Assembly (NCBI GenBank): GCA_035627515.1
Contig: DASPLQ010000012.1
Location: forward strand, 970,331 to 1,034,330
Length of the DNA: 64,000 nucleotides
Source: Vitreimonas sp.
GTDB taxonomy: Bacteria; Patescibacteriota; Microgenomatia; UBA1400; PJMF01
Reading direction: 5' to 3'
Within the stretch, counting starts at the first letter, position 1. Each line of letters opens with the position of its first letter. Both the position numbers and the translations under genes were made by a program. The notes beneath the pieces were generated by a model. It saw only the letters and a program-made list of their open reading frames with translations, searched no databases and was not told the origin of the DNA. Positions 58,263 through 64,000 of the stretch are shown one piece after another.

Positions 58263-59426
58263 TTAGATCAGGGTATTAAAAGCTGTTTGGTAAATGTTTC
58301 GCCAGTCATAAGCTACCGCCAGTTGTAGAGCATTTTTTCGCCATGTTTTGAGTTGCTCTCGGTTGCGTAAGACCTTAATGATGGTTTGTGCTAACACTTC
58401 ACTATCATCTTTAATGACCACACCACACTCATTTTTTTCCAGAACTGCACCCATATACGTTACATTAGTGGTGATGATGGGTAAACCACAGGCCAAGTAA
58501 CTCTTCATCTTTGAAGGATCAGCATATTTCGACCAGCGATCAAAGGTTTTGTTGTACATCGCTATAGCCAACTCACCAGTACACAACTTTTCTTCTACCT
58601 GATGATGATGAGCTAGATATCCTGTAAATTCAACATGTTCATTAATCCCTAGTTCGATTGCTAGCTCATTTAAAAATTGTTGTTGCTGGCCACTGCCGAT
58701 GACCGTCAAGGTCACATCAGGGATTGTTTTTAGTACTCTTGGTAAAGACCGTAATAAAGTCTCGACACCTTGGTGTGGTGCCAAACCACCGGCATAAACA
58801 ATGTGATGCTTTTTCCGAGGTTGTGTGAGGTAATCTTGAATCCGATCTAACCACACTCCAATTGAAACAACTACTTGCCGAGGATACTCTGCTTGGGCGA
58901 GACCACGAATTTTTTCTCTGCCTTCCGCAATCCGTGGCGAGACATTCCAGGTCATATCGGCGTGTTTCACACACCATTTATCCAGCCAGTGATAGCCTTC
59001 ATTAAGCCAGTGTTGTGAGAACCGCTCCGGAGTGAAATCAATAGTATAGTACACAACTTTTTCCACCAACCCCAACTTGCGCAAACACAAACCAGCCAAC
59101 ACACTTAAGTTATTAAGTCCCACCATCACTTGCCACTTTTGTTGGGTACTGATGATCCACCATAGTGTCAAAAAGAAGTCAAAGATAAATGAGACTGGTG
59201 GTGTGAAAAATGGCAATTTAAAATTTGATTGGCGAGTTAAATGCTGGTGGTGGTATTGTTTAAGTAATGAACCCTGGGGTTGGGCTTCAGCTAACAACGG
59301 GTGACTAATCACTAACAACTGTTCAAGTTTCTTTTCCAGTAAAAATTTTTCTAGGTCAGCAAACGGCACGGTACCTAAGACGTGAGAGACAATAATAACT
59401 TTATTAAAAATTAACGGCGTCATCAT
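58263..59426 (-). CDS. GT4 glycosyltransferase
   Basis: YAGGL, PSKMKSYLACGLPIITT, YDW. Confidence 0.88.
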   Translation of the reverse strand: MMTPLIFNKVIIVSHVLGTVPFADLEKFLLEKKLEQLLVISHPLLAEAQPQGSLLKQYHHQHLTRQSNFKLPFFTPPVSFIFDFFLTLWWIISTQQKWQVMVGLNNLSVLAGLCLRKLGLVEKVVYYTIDFTPERFSQHWLNEGYHWLDKWCVKHADMTWNVSPRIAEGREKIRGLAQAEYPRQVVVSIGVWLDRIQDYLTQPRKKHHIVYAGGLAPHQGVETLLRSLPRVLKTIPDVTLTVIGSGQQQQFLNELAIELGINEHVEFTGYLAHHHQVEEKLCTGELAIAMYNKTFDRWSKYADPSKMKSYLACGLPIITTNVTYMGAVLEKNECGVVIKDDSEVLAQTIIKVLRNREQLKTWRKNALQLAVAYDWRNIYQTAFNTLI

Positions 59427-61558
59427 GATTTTTTTCGCTGCATCTTTAAATACTGAACTGGATAATAACTTAGTAAAAAAGTGAGCGATATTACAAGTGT
59501 CGCATAACTAATACTCGAGCCCAACGTGCTGACAGCTTGAGGTTGAAAGTAGAGCGTGTAGGTGGCAGTATCGGCAGCCGGAATTTTCCACCCATTGTAC
59601 GTTTCGCTAAAGCGGTGGTGAGTGGATTGTTTTGGTGAAGTTTTATTTAAAAAGGACCAAAAATATGAGCCTGATAAATCGCCTGGGTATAACACCCACT
59701 TCGGGCTGTAAGGCAAGTTAAATGCTAGTGTACCGCTTTGATGAGTAGGGACAGTAATCACATACTTGCCTGTAGCTACCTGTTGATACTCCAAAGGTTG
59801 TGAAGACTCACTATCACTGTGCCAGCTAAAAAGGGCTGGTGGTTGATAGTTTTCAACAACAGCTTTAATTTGATAAATATCAATATCTTTGGCTACGTCG
59901 ATGGTGGAAATGTAGCCTTCATCTTTCGGAGCAGTGTAGTGTCCTAGCCAGCTTAAACGCGGATCCTGTTTCAGGAGTTCATTAAGATACCCAGAATTTG
60001 ATAATAAATTATTATAAATAACCAAGGTATCGACGCCATATTTGGTGAGCTCATCGATAGTTTCTGGTAAAAAAGGATCGTTGATTTTGGCGTAATACTC
60101 GGCGGTAACTGGTTCGAAGGGGTTCACACCACTAGCGAGGTTTTTTTGATGAATGATTTGACCAATCAACTGGTAGGTTTGAGGAAAGCCATTATCTTTA
60201 GCTCCTAACTGCATGGGATAAGGAGCGATGGTTTTGATACTAGGGTTGTTCTTGATTGGCTCATAAAGCTCAGCTGAGTGTTCTAAATTTGTTTGGCGAT
60301 ACCAAGTGCCGTCCATCGTTAGACCTAAGCTAAAGCACAACAACCCAATTACCAGCCACCCCGTGGTAATCAGCCACTCACCATGACGACGTTTTTTGAG
60401 AAAGTGTGCGAGGTCAGTGAGACTAAAACTCACCAGCAAACCTAAAAATAAGGGGGCGCAAATTGCTAGTCGAGCTACACCGCGGAACATACCAAAAAAA
60501 GTGAAGTAAAGCTGGTTACTCCAAAATAAATGTTCAGTCCGCCCTGAAAGTACGATACACAATAATAAGCATAGCGTTATGACATACTTGACGGGGCGTT
60601 GACGGCTTAAATATAAACCGGCTAAAGTTATGCCGAGCGGTAAGATGTACAGCAAACTACTATAGCCTTTCATCCATGAGTACAACCAAGAGCTTTCTTG
60701 CTGGGCATAGTAATACCATAATGGAAGTAATTCATTTTCAGGTGTCGAGGCGCGGCCGGTTTGGGCTGCTTTTTGTGCATCAAATAAATATAAATTACCT
60801 AAAATAAAGTGACTATTGAGCGCCATGGTCATCAATAGTAATGCTGCGTAATAAACAAAGAAGGTACTTAAACGTTGCTTCCAATTTAATGGTTGATAGA
60901 ACAACACAAAAATTACTGAAAACATGCCGCAGAAAAAGGCATAATAGGGATCAATTTTAAAAAGTATGGCAAAACTTAAACTGGAGAGGACTAAGAAAAA
61001 TGCTGATCGTCTTTCCATGAAATACACAACCGTCAACAAAAAATAGGGAATAAATTCCACATGATTAATGGACATTTGTCCTCTGCCCATCAGCACTACA
61101 TATGGTGAAAAGGCATACAGAAGACCGGCAATAAAGCTCGCTCGAGTATGTCGAGTAAAGTGCCATGCTAATAAAAAGGCTCCCAATCCGGCCAACGGAT
61201 AGACAATTAATGACGATAGGTTAGTGATAAAGACTAAATTTTGCCAACTAAATCCCAAGACCTGGTGGAGAATCCACGCTTGAAATGAGTAAATTAAATT
61301 ATTGATGGGAGCATAGGCGATATCATACCCAAAAGGGTGAGCCACCACGTCAGCAACATCATAAATAAGTCGATCGGTGGCAATTTTTACTAAGTACCAG
61401 TGATACCACAGACCGCCATCGGTATCGACGTCTGGCATCGCATACCTTGTCCATAAATAAGGTAACCGGTGTTGATATAACAACACAGTGATCACCACAT
61501 AGCCACAAAAAGCAGACACAAATGAAAAGAGAGGAGAAGACAGGATTTTTTTAAGCAT
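59423..61558 (-). CDS. Polytopic GT-C-like (YfhO-like) membrane protein
   Basis: DTD, HPFG, YAFSPY, FRGVAR; large external domain and terminal TM helix. Confidence 0.72.
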   Translation of the reverse strand: MLKKILSSPLFSFVSAFCGYVVITVLLYQHRLPYLWTRYAMPDVDTDGGLWYHWYLVKIATDRLIYDVADVVAHPFGYDIAYAPINNLIYSFQAWILHQVLGFSWQNLVFITNLSSLIVYPLAGLGAFLLAWHFTRHTRASFIAGLLYAFSPYVVLMGRGQMSINHVEFIPYFLLTVVYFMERRSAFFLVLSSLSFAILFKIDPYYAFFCGMFSVIFVLFYQPLNWKQRLSTFFVYYAALLLMTMALNSHFILGNLYLFDAQKAAQTGRASTPENELLPLWYYYAQQESSWLYSWMKGYSSLLYILPLGITLAGLYLSRQRPVKYVITLCLLLCIVLSGRTEHLFWSNQLYFTFFGMFRGVARLAICAPLFLGLLVSFSLTDLAHFLKKRRHGEWLITTGWLVIGLLCFSLGLTMDGTWYRQTNLEHSAELYEPIKNNPSIKTIAPYPMQLGAKDNGFPQTYQLIGQIIHQKNLASGVNPFEPVTAEYYAKINDPFLPETIDELTKYGVDTLVIYNNLLSNSGYLNELLKQDPRLSWLGHYTAPKDEGYISTIDVAKDIDIYQIKAVVENYQPPALFSWHSDSESSQPLEYQQVATGKYVITVPTHQSGTLAFNLPYSPKWVLYPGDLSGSYFWSFLNKTSPKQSTHHRFSETYNGWKIPAADTATYTLYFQPQAVSTLGSSISYATLVISLTFLLSYYPVQYLKMQRKKS

Positions 61559-61559
61559 C

Positions 61560-62627
61560 TCAAACTTTTGTCACAACTTTTGATTCATCATAGCTACGCA
61601 AATCGGGATGATAGCCAAGAGACTTCCGCAGATAATGATACACAATTTGACCGGCGGTGAACAGCGAAAGAGGCCAATGAATCAAGTACTGCCAATCGCG
61701 ACGGGTCACACACAGCCATAATGTATCAAGCAGCGGCAATATTAATGATAGGGTATATGGTAAATAAAGATATTTTTTATATTGTAACCAGCTTGGTTGA
61801 AACTTATCACGACCGGTGAAGCCGGATTGGCCCATTTGGTCTACGTGATAAATATTATTTTTAATTCGCCACCGAATTTTATTGAGATATCGACCTATGG
61901 TTTCTGAGGAGTAATGCAGTAAGCCATCATTTTTAGTCAAAGCAATCGTAGGGGCTTTACTCAGTAATAAATAAAAGAAGTGGGGGATTAAAGCTGGATC
62001 TGTTTGCGTGGCGGGGAAATTAGTTTTAAAAAACTCGGCGTCAATCATACTCCCAGCAGCACACAGTTCAATAATGGGCAGGGCTTCAACCTGGCTAAAA
62101 TCAAACACCACCCCAGTTTTATCTTCATTTTTAATAGGGTAACGCGCGCTCATATGAGTCACAAAATAATCCACACTCTTTGACAAACGATAAATAAAAT
62201 ACGAGAAGGGGTCGCCAAACTCATTAATATACTGATTAGTAATACTAAAACCAGCTGGATTGCGATAACCCGAGCCAATTACGGCATGGACATCAGGAAA
62301 CTGGGTGAAGAAAGCAATTTTATTTTCTAAACTGTGAGAATTTTCGATAACTTCGTCATGATCTAAGTACACAATATATTTACCTTGTGCTTTCAGATAG
62401 CCGAGAAATTTAGCGTAGACGGGTTCGGTGCGTGGATTAGGAATCAGTTGACAACCATATTTTTTACCGAGGGCGGGTGTCTCATCGCTGGAACCACCAT
62501 CTAATAGTAAGATCTCCATTTTTTCTCGAGGCAGTGATTGTTTTTGTAAGGCATCTAAAACCATAGGGAGGGTTTTCATGGAGTTGAAAGTAGCGATGAT
62601 GATAGTGACAAGGGGTTTATTTGACAT
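61560..62627 (-). CDS. GT2 glycosyltransferase
   Basis: PLVTIIIATFNS, DGGSSDET, LDHDE. Confidence 0.88.
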   Translation of the reverse strand: MSNKPLVTIIIATFNSMKTLPMVLDALQKQSLPREKMEILLLDGGSSDETPALGKKYGCQLIPNPRTEPVYAKFLGYLKAQGKYIVYLDHDEVIENSHSLENKIAFFTQFPDVHAVIGSGYRNPAGFSITNQYINEFGDPFSYFIYRLSKSVDYFVTHMSARYPIKNEDKTGVVFDFSQVEALPIIELCAAGSMIDAEFFKTNFPATQTDPALIPHFFYLLLSKAPTIALTKNDGLLHYSSETIGRYLNKIRWRIKNNIYHVDQMGQSGFTGRDKFQPSWLQYKKYLYLPYTLSLILPLLDTLWLCVTRRDWQYLIHWPLSLFTAGQIVYHYLRKSLGYHPDLRSYDESKVVTKV

Positions 62628-63999
62628 GAGTTGCCGACCAATAGTATCGAGTTATTATGTCATGAATACCCGTGATCAGGGTGTGGAGTATGACACAAAT
62701 CATAATAATGCTCAGGGGAATCATCGGCAGGTAACCGCGCGAGCCAATGACTGTACCATGAAAAAAGGCGGACAAAAAGATAAAAGTATGTAGAGGCAAC
62801 CACCAACTCAGGCTGGGGATGTGCCACCACTTTTTGGTTATCAAGAGAGGTAGAGGGAAAAGTAAGGTTGCCCACAAATAAAATGTATGGAGAGGCTTTT
62901 GATATGTGCTTAACCATTTCAATAAATCTTGCCTCTCCCACGAGAAGGTGGAGCCAGTATAAAAACCGGTTAGTGATTTAATTAAATGTGGTTTCAAAAT
63001 GTGAAGATGGCTGCTAATGTATTCCCAAGCCAGTCCTGCCAGGTGATCATCAATTTCTGTATAGGCTTGAGCAACAGGAATACCGGCGGCTCTTTTTTCC
63101 GCCATCATGGCTTTGGCGCCTTGTGGCGAGCTATACCAGTCGTAAAGTTGTTTAGACTCAGGTGTAGGATAGGCGGTGAAATGGGTGAACTCCATGAATA
63201 ACTGCCCACCTGAAGCAGCTGAGAGCATAAAATGTCGGGTATGGGCATAATTCCTAATCATCCATGTAGTCATCAAACCTAAAGTAATGACGATAATCAG
63301 ACCAGACCAAAGGATGGCTTTGTTTTTTTGATGGGTAAAGTAACGTTGCCCGATGGCTAAGACCATATACGGCAGAATAAAGATTAAGGTGTTTTGGCGG
63401 CTAAAAATGGTGAATACACACCACCCGAGTGCTGAGCCGAATTTCCACCAGTAATATTTCTGGTGAGGTTCGGTTTTTAAAACCCGATTAAAATGATAGA
63501 CCGTAGCAATAATGCCTGCTGTGACAATAATGTCTACGTTGCCCATCATCGCGCCATAAAAAAGTAAAACCGGATTGAGGATCACTAAGCTAAAACCGAT
63601 CATTCCAATTGACCAATGAACAAATTCTTTAAGCAATAAATAGGTATACAACGCAATCAAGCAGACTGAAAGATAGTTATAAAAAAGTAATAGGCGAGGA
63701 TGATCATAGATGAGTCTTCCCAGAGAAATGAGCGAAGAAAAAGCGGGCAGACGCATCACTTCCGGGACATAATCATTAAATGTCTTAGGATCTAAGTAGT
63801 ACATGTTGACTACGTACTTAGCAGCAAAACCCTGACCTGTCAGCTGACTATCAGAATAATCTTTATATTGATCGACGTCTTGCCCACACCAAGTATCGGG
63901 TGCTGTGACAAAACACGAGTAAGTGTTAGTGAGGGTCGCACTGTACCACAGTACAGCGGCAAAAATAATTAGAAAAGGTGCAGCGGTTAGGAAATGGTG
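62617..63999 (-). CDS. GT-C-like polytopic membrane protein, 5' end beyond the window
   Basis: Frame stays open from 63804 to the window edge; MRLPAFS, FSRQN, WMIRNY, RGYLP. Confidence 0.72.
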   Translation of the reverse strand, partial: HHFLTAAPFLIIFAAVLWYSATLTNTYSCFVTAPDTWCGQDVDQYKDYSDSQLTGQGFAAKYVVNMYYLDPKTFNDYVPEVMRLPAFSSLISLGRLIYDHPRLLLFYNYLSVCLIALYTYLLLKEFVHWSIGMIGFSLVILNPVLLFYGAMMGNVDIIVTAGIIATVYHFNRVLKTEPHQKYYWWKFGSALGWCVFTIFSRQNTLIFILPYMVLAIGQRYFTHQKNKAILWSGLIIVITLGLMTTWMIRNYAHTRHFMLSAASGGQLFMEFTHFTAYPTPESKQLYDWYSSPQGAKAMMAEKRAAGIPVAQAYTEIDDHLAGLAWEYISSHLHILKPHLIKSLTGFYTGSTFSWERQDLLKWLSTYQKPLHTFYLWATLLFPLPLLITKKWWHIPSLSWWLPLHTFIFLSAFFHGTVIGSRGYLPMIPLSIIMICVILHTLITGIHDIITRYYWSATHVK

Positions 64000-64000
64000 A

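Noticed and set aside
1055-63201. Many 60-160 aa ORFs nested in or antisense to long genes
   Set aside because: Shadow frames of well-supported CDSs with no motifs or initiation signals
1-64000. Alternative genetic code (UGA=Gly) as in Gracilibacteria/Absconditabacteria
   Set aside because: Conserved genes are full length under code 11, and several end in TGA (e.g. recJ)

Overview
A 64 kb gene-dense bacterial window read with the standard code (TGA is a stop). Gene content suggests a Patescibacteria/CPR genome of the Microgenomates type; this is inferred, not measured. The window has five parts. (1) 0.3-7.7 kb: a SipW/TasA-type operon whose four genes read as a complete donor-strand pilus (major subunit, SipW, 1358-aa tip adhesin, membrane anchor). 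(2) 7.7-23.5 kb: envelope and housekeeping genes (CAP protein, rmlA, frr, rseP, DUF3048, secDF, cca, recJ). (3) 23.5-26.7 kb: a divergent regulatory hub. A leader-peptide attenuator controls three small unknown ORFs on the minus strand, and a T-box-type leader precedes an aspS fused to a YbaK/ProX editing domain. (4) 26.8-39.8 kb: dac, gltX, ybeY, a Zn-less dnaX, ybaB, rdgB, aminopeptidase, glucan phosphorylase, tRNA-Gln and two-component genes. (5) 39.9-64 kb: a surface-glycan locus with about 8 GT-C-type membrane glycosyltransferases, GT2/GT4 enzymes, an epimerase and a flippase. No CRISPR array, rRNA gene or transposase was seen. All family calls are by eye from motifs, without database searches.
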